Below, in pieces: positions 38,419-47,978 of a DNA stretch of 64,000 nt. Source of the DNA: a virus (Duplodnaviria > Heunggongvirae > Uroviricota > Caudoviricetes); the IMG/VR virus record IMGVR_UViG_3300021255_000139. One strand, written 5' to 3'. The notes under the pieces were generated by a model. That model saw nothing but the letters and a program-made list of their open reading frames with translations, did not search any database and was not told the DNA's origin. The translations under genes were made by a program, and so were the position numbers. Position 1 is the first letter of the stretch. Every line of letters begins with the position of its first letter.

Positions 38419-38632
38419 GCCATTCAATAAAGCAGAACCAGATTCTTTTGCAATGAATGAGTTTATACATATGGAGTGTACAAAAGTGACGGTTCTTGGA
38501 GAAAAGAAAATCGCACTCTGCAATGCTCCCAGCTTTGTATTAACAGATGATGTAAAAAGGGTTACTTGTCCGAAATGTAAAAGCATTATCAAAGTAACGA
38601 CCAAAAAGAAAAGGTTAGGTTATAAAGTATGA
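38384..38632 (+). CDS. zinc-ribbon small protein
   Basis: C...C...CPKCKS. Confidence 0.3.
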   Translation: MLAAINLKQMFKPFNKAEPDSFAMNEFIHMECTKVTVLGEKKIALCNAPSFVLTDDVKRVTCPKCKSIIKVTTKKKRLGYKV

Positions 38633-39501
38633 AAGTATTTCATCACAATGATATTGACGGTTTAAGTGCGGCTGCTGTTGTCGCAAGATTTACACAGAAC
38701 TATAACCCGGATAGCTACTATATGTACGATTATTCAATACCGTTACCTACTGAAGTAGTCGAAGAAGGAGAAACCGTTTATATCGTTGATTTGTCATTTT
38801 CTATAAATACAGTAGATAAACTGAAAGAGTTGATTGATGAAAAACACTGTGATTTAATCTGGTGTGATCATCATACTTCTACAATGGAAGTTCTGGCGCA
38901 GTTCCCGGAATATAACAGCATCAAGGGATTACGTAGTGAAAAATGCAGTGGTGCAGCATTAACATGGATGTACTTCAAAAACTGTGAATTTGAAGAGTGT
39001 CCAATGTTTATCAAAATGATTAGTGATTTCGATTGCTGGAAATATGAAATTGAACACACTCTGCATTTTAAGTATGCACTCGAAGCAAAGGATATTAACC
39101 CGTTTAGCAATATCTGGAATCATCTTGTAAGAGATCAGAACACAAAGGGAATGCCTTTACTTAACGAAATGATTGACAAAGGTATTGTTATTGAAAAGTA
39201 TATGGAGCAGTGGTTCGAGAATTACTGCACATCATACGCCTATGAATCAGAGATTAACGGTGTTAAATGTCTGGTATGTAATATCCGGGCTAACAGCTTA
39301 GTATTCGGAGACAGAATAAAAGATTATCCGCTTGTCGCTATTTGGGTATTTGATGGAGAGAAATATAAGTATTCCATTTACTCTGACAAGGATAATATAG
39401 ATTGTTCAAAGATTGCAGAAAATTTTGGTGGCGGTGGTCACAAAGGTGCTGCAGGATTTTCAACAAAACAACAGATTTTATATAAGAAGGAGAACAGTTG
39501 A
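38629..39501 (+). CDS. DHH/DHHA1 phosphoesterase (NrnA-like)
   Basis: HHNDIDG, CDHHTS (DHH) and GGGGHKGAAGF (GGGH) motifs. Confidence 0.7.
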   Translation: MKVFHHNDIDGLSAAAVVARFTQNYNPDSYYMYDYSIPLPTEVVEEGETVYIVDLSFSINTVDKLKELIDEKHCDLIWCDHHTSTMEVLAQFPEYNSIKGLRSEKCSGAALTWMYFKNCEFEECPMFIKMISDFDCWKYEIEHTLHFKYALEAKDINPFSNIWNHLVRDQNTKGMPLLNEMIDKGIVIEKYMEQWFENYCTSYAYESEINGVKCLVCNIRANSLVFGDRIKDYPLVAIWVFDGEKYKYSIYSDKDNIDCSKIAENFGGGGHKGAAGFSTKQQILYKKENS

Positions 39502-39875
39502 TAATGAAGAGTTTTATTGACAAGAATGATGAATTGAACATTAAATTTGAGAACGAGAAAGAAGAAGAGCATTTTATTACGGCTGTCGGCTACATTCTCG
39601 AATCAATGGGAGAAGAGATTGAGGATTATATCGAGGCTTGTGTGGCAGAAGAAAGGCATTCTCTGAATCGTGCTATCGACCTTGAAAAAGAAATTGAAAA
39701 AGTAACTTTCAATGATCCGGCAACAGTTGTGTTCTGGAAGGACGGAGAAAAGACAGTTTCTAAAGCAAAGAACGGCGATAAGTTCAACAAGGAGACTGGT
39801 CTTGCTATGGCAATCGTTCGCAGACTGTGTGGAAACCGCAATTACAATAAAGTCTTTGAGAAGTATTGCTCTTGA
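39498..39875 (+). CDS. hypothetical protein
   Basis: ORF. Confidence 0.35.
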   Translation: MIMKSFIDKNDELNIKFENEKEEEHFITAVGYILESMGEEIEDYIEACVAEERHSLNRAIDLEKEIEKVTFNDPATVVFWKDGEKTVSKAKNGDKFNKETGLAMAIVRRLCGNRNYNKVFEKYCS

Positions 39876-40092
39876 CAAATAAATAAATAGAGGTAAAATA
39901 TTATTTGTGAGATATGCTTACAAACTCCTTGCCACCCACGTTGTCCGAACTATCAACCTAAAATAAAGTGTTGTTGTGATGAATGTGGTGAAGAAATATA
40001 CAAAGGTGAGGAATACTGGACTGATGATGGCGGTTTCATCTATTGTTCAGAAGAATGTGCCGAAAAGCACAATGGAATCGTGAGCAAGGAGG

Positions 40093-40347
40093 ATGATTAT
40101 TACGATGATGAATACTTTTAATATTTCGATTAACACGATTGATAAAGTTAAGCGGTTTGTGAATTTGACAAATCGGTGCGAAGTAGATGTCGATATAATC
40201 AGTGGCAGACTTCTTGTTGATGCAAAATCCATTATGGGTATTTTCAGTATGGATTTGACAAGACCTATGACACTCCGTGTTCACGAGTCCAATATTGAAA
40301 AATTGGAAGAATATAAGAAAATGTTTGAGGAATTTATTATTGAATAA
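40093..40347 (+). CDS. HPr-like (PTS phosphocarrier fold) small protein lacking catalytic His
   Basis: VDAKSIMGIFSMDLTRPMTL resembles HPr VNLKSIMGVMSLGI; no His15 equivalent. Confidence 0.35.
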   Translation: MIITMMNTFNISINTIDKVKRFVNLTNRCEVDVDIISGRLLVDAKSIMGIFSMDLTRPMTLRVHESNIEKLEEYKKMFEEFIIE

Positions 40348-40360
40348 AGCTGATTTATAT

Positions 40361-41194
40361 ATGGTCAGAGATATTAAGGAAATTTTCGACAATGGGTTTG
40401 TTGACGAAAATCCACGTCCGAAGTATTCCGATGGAACTCCGGCACACACATTATCAGTTAATCATGTTGTGCGAAAGTATGATCTAAATCGAGAATTTCC
40501 AATCTTATCTCTTAGGAAAATTGCTTGGAAAACTGGCATCAAAGAAATTTTTACAATCTATCAGAAACCAACAAACAACATTTGTAGCATGGAAAGCATG
40601 GGTGTCACATGGTGGAAACCGTGGGATATCGGAGATGGAACTATTGGACAGCGATATGGTGCAACAGTTGCACGATACGATCTTATCAATAATCTGATTA
40701 AAGATATCCAGAATGATCCATATGGTCGCAGAAAAATTGTCTCGTTGTGGCAAGAAGCTGATTTGAGAGAAACTGCCGGACTTGCACCTTGCGCATTCTT
40801 GACTATGTGGAATATAAGAAAAGATAAGAGCGAAAAAGAATTTCTTGATATGGCACTTATTCAGAGAAGTGGGGATATGCTTGCTGCATCGGGTGCTGGT
40901 GGAATTAACGAATGTCAGTATGCAGCATTGCAGATGATGATTGCACGACATACGGGATATGAACCGGGTATTTTCACACACTTTGTAGCAAATGAGCAGA
41001 TTTATGATCGTCATGTATCTGCAGCAAAACTTCTTCTCGAAAGATATGAAGATATACGGTCTGAAAATGAACGGAATCCAAGGTTAATTTTAAATCCAGA
41101 TAAAACAAACTTCTACGATTTTACGATTGATGATTTTACGATGGAAGAGTATAATCCTGTTCCCGGAAAGGTCGAACTTGATTTAGGTATTTAA
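40361..41194 (+). CDS. thyA: thymidylate synthase (ThyA-type)
   Basis: RRKIVSLWQ, catalytic LAPCAFLTMWN, IQRSGD, Asn retained in INECQYAAL; start trimmed to ATG 40361. Confidence 0.75.
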   Translation: MVRDIKEIFDNGFVDENPRPKYSDGTPAHTLSVNHVVRKYDLNREFPILSLRKIAWKTGIKEIFTIYQKPTNNICSMESMGVTWWKPWDIGDGTIGQRYGATVARYDLINNLIKDIQNDPYGRRKIVSLWQEADLRETAGLAPCAFLTMWNIRKDKSEKEFLDMALIQRSGDMLAASGAGGINECQYAALQMMIARHTGYEPGIFTHFVANEQIYDRHVSAAKLLLERYEDIRSENERNPRLILNPDKTNFYDFTIDDFTMEEYNPVPGKVELDLGI

Positions 41195-41195
41195 T

Positions 41196-41696
41196 ATGAT
41201 AAAAGCAATCGTTGCAGTGGACAACAAGTGGGGTATTGGTAAGAAGAATAAACTTCTTGCCAATATTCCTGAAGATATGAAGTTTTTCAAAGAAATGACA
41301 ACAGGTTCTGTAGTTATTATGGGTATGAATACATTTAAGTCCATGAATTACAAACCGTTACCAAATAGACAGAATATTGTGATTTGTCGAACTGACGAAA
41401 CAAATCCGTACAGTTATGACAATCTGACATTCATGAATATAACAGAAGTAAAGTTTTATTTATTGAAAAACTCTAACAAAAACATTTTCATTATTGGTGG
41501 AGGTGCGACTTATAATTGTTTCTTCGGTTTTTGCGACCTTATATATGTAACAAAAATCTTTAATGATTATGGCGCAGATACATTCTTCAGAAATCTTGAC
41601 GAAGAGGAAGGATGGAAAGAATCACATTCTGATCCAATAGTGACAAAGAATAATATAATAATACAGTTTTGCAAATACGAAAGGATCAATAAATGA
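41196..41696 (+). CDS. folA: dihydrofolate reductase
   Basis: AVDNKWGIGKKNKLLANIPEDMKFFKEMTTGSVVIMGMNTF classic DHFR N-terminus. Confidence 0.8.
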   Translation: MIKAIVAVDNKWGIGKKNKLLANIPEDMKFFKEMTTGSVVIMGMNTFKSMNYKPLPNRQNIVICRTDETNPYSYDNLTFMNITEVKFYLLKNSNKNIFIIGGGATYNCFFGFCDLIYVTKIFNDYGADTFFRNLDEEEGWKESHSDPIVTKNNIIIQFCKYERINK

Positions 41697-42787
41697 TTGT
41701 ATTAGTTGGCTGTAGCGGTTCTGGCAAATCTACAATAGCATATCATTTGTTCATGAACCACAACTATAAACGAATCGTTTCATATACTACTCGACCTCCC
41801 CGGTGTGGGGAAAAAGATGGTTATGATTATCACTTTGTAAGCAAAGAAGAATTTCTTCAGAAGAAAAAGCAAGGATTTTTTGCTGAAAGTGCTGAATATC
41901 GTGGGTGGTATTATGGAACAGCAGCAGAGGATTGTACAGATGATAAACTTGCAATTCTCACACCTCATGGATTACGGCAGATTAAACAACTGCCGAATTT
42001 AAACATAGTCAGCTTTTATATTGATGTGCCACGCAGAGACAGGTTAATCAAAATTCTTGAACGTGGAGACGATATAGAAGAAGCAAAAAGACGAGATGCT
42101 TCTGATGTTGGTCAGTTTGATGGTTTATCAGATGAAGTTGATTTCGTAATCAGTAACCCAAATTATGAAACTGGTGCAGAGTTTATCGCAAAAAGTATTG
42201 ATTTCAAATATAAGGCTCTTACCAATAATCCAGTTGAGCAGCCAAAAAAGAAATTGAGGATATTGTGCGATATTGACGGGGTTGTAGATGATCTTGTCGA
42301 ACAAATAACAAATAAATACAATGAAGCATATAACGACAACCTGACAATCGAACAGATAACAGAATACAATATGAATCTGTTCACAAAGCCGGAGTGCGAA
42401 GATGTGTTTGAAGAATTTTGTACTCCAGAACTTATTCTAAATATGAATCCAATCGAAGGTGCGGTAGAGGCGGTTACAAAACTTATGGAAGAACATGAGT
42501 TCTATTTTGTAACATCTACAATACCAGAGAATGTAGGATATAAAAATGCATGGTTGAAAGAGTTTTTCCCACTTTATACAGAAAAAATGCTTGTAGTAGC
42601 TTACGATAAGTCGATTGTTCACGGCGATATTTTAATTGATGATTATGGTGAAAACCTGAACAATAATATTGGTCTAAATCTGTTATACAACCGTCCTTGG
42701 AACACAGGTATTCAAGAAAAGCCAAATTATAAGCGAGTTTATAATTGGGAAGATATCATTGAACAAATAAATAATTATGGAGGCTGA
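41693..42787 (+). CDS. guanylate kinase fused to HAD-type 5'(3')-deoxyribonucleotidase
   Basis: GCSGSGKST P-loop and YTTRPPRCGEKDGYDYHFVS GMPK signature; C-half LCDIDGVVDD HAD motif I. Confidence 0.6.
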   Translation: MIVLVGCSGSGKSTIAYHLFMNHNYKRIVSYTTRPPRCGEKDGYDYHFVSKEEFLQKKKQGFFAESAEYRGWYYGTAAEDCTDDKLAILTPHGLRQIKQLPNLNIVSFYIDVPRRDRLIKILERGDDIEEAKRRDASDVGQFDGLSDEVDFVISNPNYETGAEFIAKSIDFKYKALTNNPVEQPKKKLRILCDIDGVVDDLVEQITNKYNEAYNDNLTIEQITEYNMNLFTKPECEDVFEEFCTPELILNMNPIEGAVEAVTKLMEEHEFYFVTSTIPENVGYKNAWLKEFFPLYTEKMLVVAYDKSIVHGDILIDDYGENLNNNIGLNLLYNRPWNTGIQEKPNYKRVYNWEDIIEQINNYGG

Positions 42788-45002
42788 TATATTGGTCGAA
42801 TATGTAATTAAGAGAGATGGCAGAAAGGTAGTGTTTGATAAATCAAAAATCGTCACAGCTATCGAAAAAGCCATGAAAGAATGTGGTGAAGTAGATAATA
42901 CGCTTGCTTCTCGAATTGCTTGTTATATCAAAAATCTTGATATTGAAACAATGGGTATCGAAGAGATTCAGGATATCGTTGAATCTAAGCTGATGGCAAG
43001 TAATAAGAAAGACGTTGCAAAGAAATATATTATCTACCGCAACGAAAGAAGCAAGTACCGTGAAAACCGCACAAAACTTATGAAGATAGTTGGAGAAAAA
43101 ATCAACGCTTCTAATGTAGTTAATCAAAATGCAAATGTAGACGAAAGATCATTTGGCGGTCGAATGGGAGAAGCAAACGGTGCAGTTATGAGACAATACG
43201 CCCTCGACAATATTGTTTCTGAAATGGCAAAAAACAATCATCTGAATAATGAGATATATATTCACGATCTTGATTCATACGCCGTTGGGATGCATAACTG
43301 TCTGTCCGTACCGTTTGATAAACTCCTTGCTAACGGCTTTAATACACGGCAGACAGATGTTCGTCCGGCAAATTCAATCAACACAGCATTTCAGCTTGTT
43401 GCTGTCATTTTCCAAATTCAGAGTTTGCAGCAGTTTGGTGGTGTTAGTGCAACTCACTTAGATTGGACAATGATTCCATATGTTCGTAGAAGTTTTTGGA
43501 AACATTATAAAGATGGTTTGAAGTATATTGCGCATGAAAATCCAGATTCTGATTGGGTTGCAGATACTCATTCTATCGAAGATGAAAGGTATAAGAAAAT
43601 TCCAGAAGTGTACGAATATGCGCTCGATATGGTCACAAAAGAAACATATCAAGCAGTCGAAGGGATGTACCATAATCTGAATACCTTGCAGTCACGATCT
43701 GGAAATCAACTTCCGTTTACATCAATCAACTATGGAACTTGTACAGAGCCAGAAGGAAGAATGGTAATCAAAGCATTACTTGACGTTTCCATTAAAGGGA
43801 TTGGTAAACACCATAAAACACCAATATTCCCATGTGGCATTTTCCAGCTTAAAAAAGGAATAAATAGACATAAAGGCGATCCGAATTATGATTTGTTCAG
43901 ATTGGCTTTAAGGTCAACTTCACAAAGACTTTATCCGAATTACGCAAATGTTGATTGGTCTGGAAACGCTGGATATGACGAAAATGATCCTAAAACATAT
44001 TTCAGCACTATGGGATGCAGAACCGCAAATGGAATGGACATTAACGGTTTTGGTCAGTTAAAAGATGGACGTGGAAATATTTGCCCGGTAACAATCATTA
44101 TGCCAACGCTCGCTATGGAATGCAAAGAAAGTTGTGAAAGACTTTTTTATCCAGACGGATATTCCGAAAAGATTCTTATTGACGCATTTATGCAGAGATT
44201 AGATAAGAAAATACATGAAGCGAAAGATATGTTGATTGAAAGATTCAACTATATTTGCAGCCAATCGCAAGAATCTGCAAAATTCATGTATGAAAATGGC
44301 ACAATGGAAGGATATGACGGGAAAGATATTTCGTCAGCATTAAAACACGGAACACTCGCACTTGGACAGATTGGGCTTGCTGAAACACTACAGATTCTCA
44401 TTGGTTGTGATCATACAACTGAAAAAGGTATGGAGTTGGCAAAGAGAATTGAGACGTTGTTCAGAGACAGATGTGCAGAATTTAAACAGGAATATAAACT
44501 TAATCTTGGCGTGTATTATACCCCGGCAGAGAATCTTTGCTTTACGGCTATGAAGAAATTCCAAGAAAAATATGGGATTATTCCAAATGTTTCAGATAGA
44601 AAATTCTTTACTAATTCAATTCATGTTCCAGTATGGATTGACATTAATCCGATGGAAAAGATCGACATTGAATCACAACTGACAGGATTTAGTTCTGCTG
44701 GATGCATTACCTATGTTGAACTTCCATCAACTGCGAAGAATAACATTGACGCTCTTGAAACAATCGTAAACTATGCGATGGATAAAGATATTCCATACTT
44801 TGCCATCAATGTTCCAAACGATATGTGTATGGATTGCGGATATTGTGACGAGATCAATGATAAGTGTCCGATTTGTGGAGGAACAAACATTCAGCGGTTA
44901 CGTAGAGTAACAGGGTATCTCACCGGGAATTATACAACAGCATTTAATGAAGGAAAGATTCAGGAAGTAGAAATGCGAGTAAAACACGTAAAGGAATTTT
45001 AA
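42777..45002 (+). CDS. nrdD: anaerobic ribonucleoside-triphosphate reductase
   Basis: N-terminal ATP-cone (VIKRDGRKVVFDKSKI), C-terminal zinc ribbon CMDCGYC...CPICGG and glycyl-radical motif RVTGYLTG. Confidence 0.9.
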   Translation: MEADILVEYVIKRDGRKVVFDKSKIVTAIEKAMKECGEVDNTLASRIACYIKNLDIETMGIEEIQDIVESKLMASNKKDVAKKYIIYRNERSKYRENRTKLMKIVGEKINASNVVNQNANVDERSFGGRMGEANGAVMRQYALDNIVSEMAKNNHLNNEIYIHDLDSYAVGMHNCLSVPFDKLLANGFNTRQTDVRPANSINTAFQLVAVIFQIQSLQQFGGVSATHLDWTMIPYVRRSFWKHYKDGLKYIAHENPDSDWVADTHSIEDERYKKIPEVYEYALDMVTKETYQAVEGMYHNLNTLQSRSGNQLPFTSINYGTCTEPEGRMVIKALLDVSIKGIGKHHKTPIFPCGIFQLKKGINRHKGDPNYDLFRLALRSTSQRLYPNYANVDWSGNAGYDENDPKTYFSTMGCRTANGMDINGFGQLKDGRGNICPVTIIMPTLAMECKESCERLFYPDGYSEKILIDAFMQRLDKKIHEAKDMLIERFNYICSQSQESAKFMYENGTMEGYDGKDISSALKHGTLALGQIGLAETLQILIGCDHTTEKGMELAKRIETLFRDRCAEFKQEYKLNLGVYYTPAENLCFTAMKKFQEKYGIIPNVSDRKFFTNSIHVPVWIDINPMEKIDIESQLTGFSSAGCITYVELPSTAKNNIDALETIVNYAMDKDIPYFAINVPNDMCMDCGYCDEINDKCPICGGTNIQRLRRVTGYLTGNYTTAFNEGKIQEVEMRVKHVKEF

Positions 45003-45512
45003 ATGCGGTTTCTTGACATATCATATCCTGATATTAACAACGGAATAGGATTAAGGGCAACTCTTTGGTTATCTGGTTGCTCCCACCATTGCAAGGGTTG
45101 CCAAAATCCTCAAACGTGGAACAGTGAGGCTGGACGTAGATTTGACAAAAGACATAAAGAAAAAATACTGAATATACTTTCTAAGTCATACATCAACGGA
45201 CTTACTGTTTCTGGAGGCGATCCATTATATAAAGAAAACGTAGATGATTTAGCAAAATTGTTGAAAGCAATAAAAGAAATCCTTCCAGAAAAAACAATTT
45301 GGATTTATACGGGCTACACATGGGAAGAGATATTATCCGACCAAAAGAAAAAAGAAGTAATAAACTATTGCGATGTATTAGTTGACGGAGAATACGTGCA
45401 AGAATTAAGAGATATTACACTTGCTTTTCGTGGCAGTAAAAATCAAAGACTAATTGATGTTCAACAAACAATGCAAAAGGGAGAAATCATTCTATGGAAT
45501 AACAAACAATAA
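45003..45512 (+). CDS. nrdG: anaerobic RNR activating enzyme (radical SAM)
   Basis: GCSHHCKGCQNP CxxxCxxC, size 169 aa, immediately after nrdD. Confidence 0.85.
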   Translation: MRFLDISYPDINNGIGLRATLWLSGCSHHCKGCQNPQTWNSEAGRRFDKRHKEKILNILSKSYINGLTVSGGDPLYKENVDDLAKLLKAIKEILPEKTIWIYTGYTWEEILSDQKKKEVINYCDVLVDGEYVQELRDITLAFRGSKNQRLIDVQQTMQKGEIILWNNKQ

Positions 45513-45520
45513 ATAAAAAC

Positions 45521-45546
45521 AGGCGGTTGGCGAAAACCAATCGCCT
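45521..45546 (+). terminator. hairpin AGGCGGTTGG-CGAAAA-CCAATCGCCT
   Basis: 9/10-bp stem after nrdG stop; no U-tract. Confidence 0.3.
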
Positions 45547-45564
45547 TTACCACTGGAGAAAGAA

Positions 45565-45747
45565 TTGACAAAAGAAATAACACAAGATGAATATTTTGCT
45601 CTAAAACTATTAGAACAAATGACGCAAAATCAAATTATTCCGAGCAGAATGTTTCAATCAATAATAGAAGATTATCGTGGGAAGATTGACTTCAAAGAAT
45701 TTTCGTGTTATGATGATAGCAAAATACATCAAAGAGTGAATATCTAA
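45565..45747 (+). CDS. small hypothetical protein
   Basis: ORF, TTG start. Confidence 0.3.
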   Translation: MTKEITQDEYFALKLLEQMTQNQIIPSRMFQSIIEDYRGKIDFKEFSCYDDSKIHQRVNI

Positions 45748-45759
45748 AGGAGTCTATCT

Positions 45760-47631
45760 ATGAGTGATTTACGGAGAAACCCATTATATTATTTAAGGTC
45801 AAATAAAGATTTACAAGATTTACCGAGAAGAGTTGCGATATATGCACGAGTATCAACAGAACATGAAGCACAGCTATACGCATTGGAAAATCAAGTAGAT
45901 TGGTACAATGAAATTCTCGCACGACATTCAAACTGGACTTTGGTTGAACAATATATTGATCGTGGAATCACAGGAACATCAGCTAAAAAACGTCCGAGTT
46001 TCATGAAAATGATTGATGATGCAGCCAATGAAGAATTTGATATAGTTATCACAAGAGAAGTATCAAGATTCGCAAGAAACACAGTAGATACACTTCAGTA
46101 TACTAGAGAGTTAAAACGTAATGGTATCGAAGTGTATTTTGTTGAAGATAATATCTGGACTTTTGATCCAGATGGAGAACTAAGACTAACCATTATGGCA
46201 ACTCTCGCACAAGATGAAAGCAGAAAAACTTCGTTACGTGCGAAAGCTGGACAGAGAACAAGTATGGAGAAAGGTGTATTTTTCCAGAACGGTTCAATCT
46301 TAGGTTACGACTATAATAAATATGATAGAACACTCACAATCAATGAAGAACAAGCGGAAACAGTAAGAATGATTTTCGATTTGTATAACCAAGGATTAGG
46401 AGTGCGAAAAATTCAATGGGAATTAGAAAAAGCTGGAAGAAAAACAGCACGAGGAAGTGATTTGTGGAGTGCCTCTGTAATCAGCCGAGTTCTCAAAAAT
46501 AAAATATACTGCGGATATTTGGTATGGTACAAGCAGTTTGTGCCAGATTTTCTCGAACAAAAGAAGGTTAATAACCACGGAGAAAAAGAACAGTTTGAGG
46601 TTTTAGGATCGCACGAACCGATTATAACGCTTGAAGAATGGCAGAAAGCAAACGATAGGCTGAATGCAAGAAAATCAACTGATGGAAAACAAACAGCCAA
46701 AAGAAAACCTGTTGATGTTTGGACGAAAAAGCTACGTTGCATTTGTGGTCGTGGATTTAACCGCAGAGCGTGGCACAAAGACGCAAAAAACGGAAAAGAA
46801 TACTACGGGTATACCTGTTATAATGTAGTAAAGTCCGGGAGTGCGAAAACAAGAGCGAACAAAGGTTTAACTATGGAAGGAGTTTGCACAACACCGTCTG
46901 TATCACGCTGGAAACTTGAAGCAATGGCACTCTATATTTTTAGAACTATGTCTATTAACAAAGATCATATCATCGAAGTAGCTACCCGTATGATAGATAG
47001 TCATATTAAAGACGGTGAAAGTGATCTTGAAAAAAATAAGAAAACCATCAAGTCTTTGAATTTAGAACTTGAAAAGTTGGAGAAAAAGATAGATAATATA
47101 ATTGATATGCGTACAGAAGGGGAGATATCAAAAGAAGTCTTTCTTAGCAAAAAGGAGCAGTTCGAGGATCGTGTAAAAGAAATAGAAGCGCAACTTGACG
47201 AATTGAATACTGACGAAGAAACACAAGATTATTCAAAACAGATTGCGCTATGGAAAGACTGCCTTGAACAAATGCTCAATTATCAAGACGCTGATAAAAT
47301 CCCGGAGTACGTCATTGATGCTATGGTTGATTATATTCTTGTAGACGGAACTACGTTTAAATGGAAGTTTCGCTTTATGCCTGATGAATACGATTTGACC
47401 GTTGAAGGTAATCGTGAAAGCAATGGAGTGTTGATAGATAATAAGAGTGGCGAAAAAGTCTCGTCTTTTGCTCAATGCTTCACAGGCAGCAATAAGCGAA
47501 GGACGAAAATAGAACGTTGGAAGGTAGCTGAATATCTTTTTACTAAGGATATTGCTATCAAATACATGAATAAGCGTCCACAAGATAGAATACACAAGTG
47601 GTATGATATTTTGATTGAGATTTATTTCTAA
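45760..47631 (+). CDS. large serine recombinase (integrase)
   Basis: N-terminal resolvase catalytic domain VAIYARVSTEHEAQ, recombinase domain, Cys zinc ribbon and coiled-coil C-terminus. Confidence 0.85.
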   Translation: MSDLRRNPLYYLRSNKDLQDLPRRVAIYARVSTEHEAQLYALENQVDWYNEILARHSNWTLVEQYIDRGITGTSAKKRPSFMKMIDDAANEEFDIVITREVSRFARNTVDTLQYTRELKRNGIEVYFVEDNIWTFDPDGELRLTIMATLAQDESRKTSLRAKAGQRTSMEKGVFFQNGSILGYDYNKYDRTLTINEEQAETVRMIFDLYNQGLGVRKIQWELEKAGRKTARGSDLWSASVISRVLKNKIYCGYLVWYKQFVPDFLEQKKVNNHGEKEQFEVLGSHEPIITLEEWQKANDRLNARKSTDGKQTAKRKPVDVWTKKLRCICGRGFNRRAWHKDAKNGKEYYGYTCYNVVKSGSAKTRANKGLTMEGVCTTPSVSRWKLEAMALYIFRTMSINKDHIIEVATRMIDSHIKDGESDLEKNKKTIKSLNLELEKLEKKIDNIIDMRTEGEISKEVFLSKKEQFEDRVKEIEAQLDELNTDEETQDYSKQIALWKDCLEQMLNYQDADKIPEYVIDAMVDYILVDGTTFKWKFRFMPDEYDLTVEGNRESNGVLIDNKSGEKVSSFAQCFTGSNKRRTKIERWKVAEYLFTKDIAIKYMNKRPQDRIHKWYDILIEIYF

Positions 47632-47639
47632 GAATATAG

Positions 47640-47672
47640 AGTGTCATCTAATATGGTGGCACTCTATTGTTT
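47640..47672 (+). promoter_or_regulatory. imperfect inverted repeat ATAGAGTGTCATC-TAATA-TGGTGGCACTCTAT (terminator or candidate attP arm)
   Basis: seen directly after recombinase stop, followed by TGTTTT. Confidence 0.35.
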
Positions 47673-47678
47673 TGCGCA

Positions 47679-47718
47679 AAAAAATAAGGGCAACAGATTT
47701 CTCCATTGCCCTCAAACA
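47679..47718 (-). terminator. rho-independent terminator for minus-strand block
   Basis: minus strand GAGGGCAATGGAGAAATCTGTTGCCCT then TTATTTTTTT. Confidence 0.55.
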
Positions 47719-47961
47719 TCAACCGTTGTTTATCTGATTTCTAATCAGACAAAGACTCTTGATTAAGTTGTTTAAAATTTCTTCGTCAAGCGTACCAGTC
47801 AATGAAACGCTATCCGTTTCCTTATCTGCAAGTGTAAGATTTACATTTGATTCCTCACGTTCAAGAATCAACTGTGTGTTAGGAAGTAACTCAAACATTA
47901 CAGATTTTATAGACTGATGATCTTTTGAAAAATTATCATAGTTTACATATACGTTCGCCAT
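47719..47961 (-). CDS. hypothetical protein
   Basis: ORF. Confidence 0.4.
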   Translation of the reverse strand: MANVYVNYDNFSKDHQSIKSVMFELLPNTQLILEREESNVNLTLADKETDSVSLTGTLDEEILNNLIKSLCLIRNQINNG

Positions 47962-47978
47962 TTGTTCGCCTCACATCT

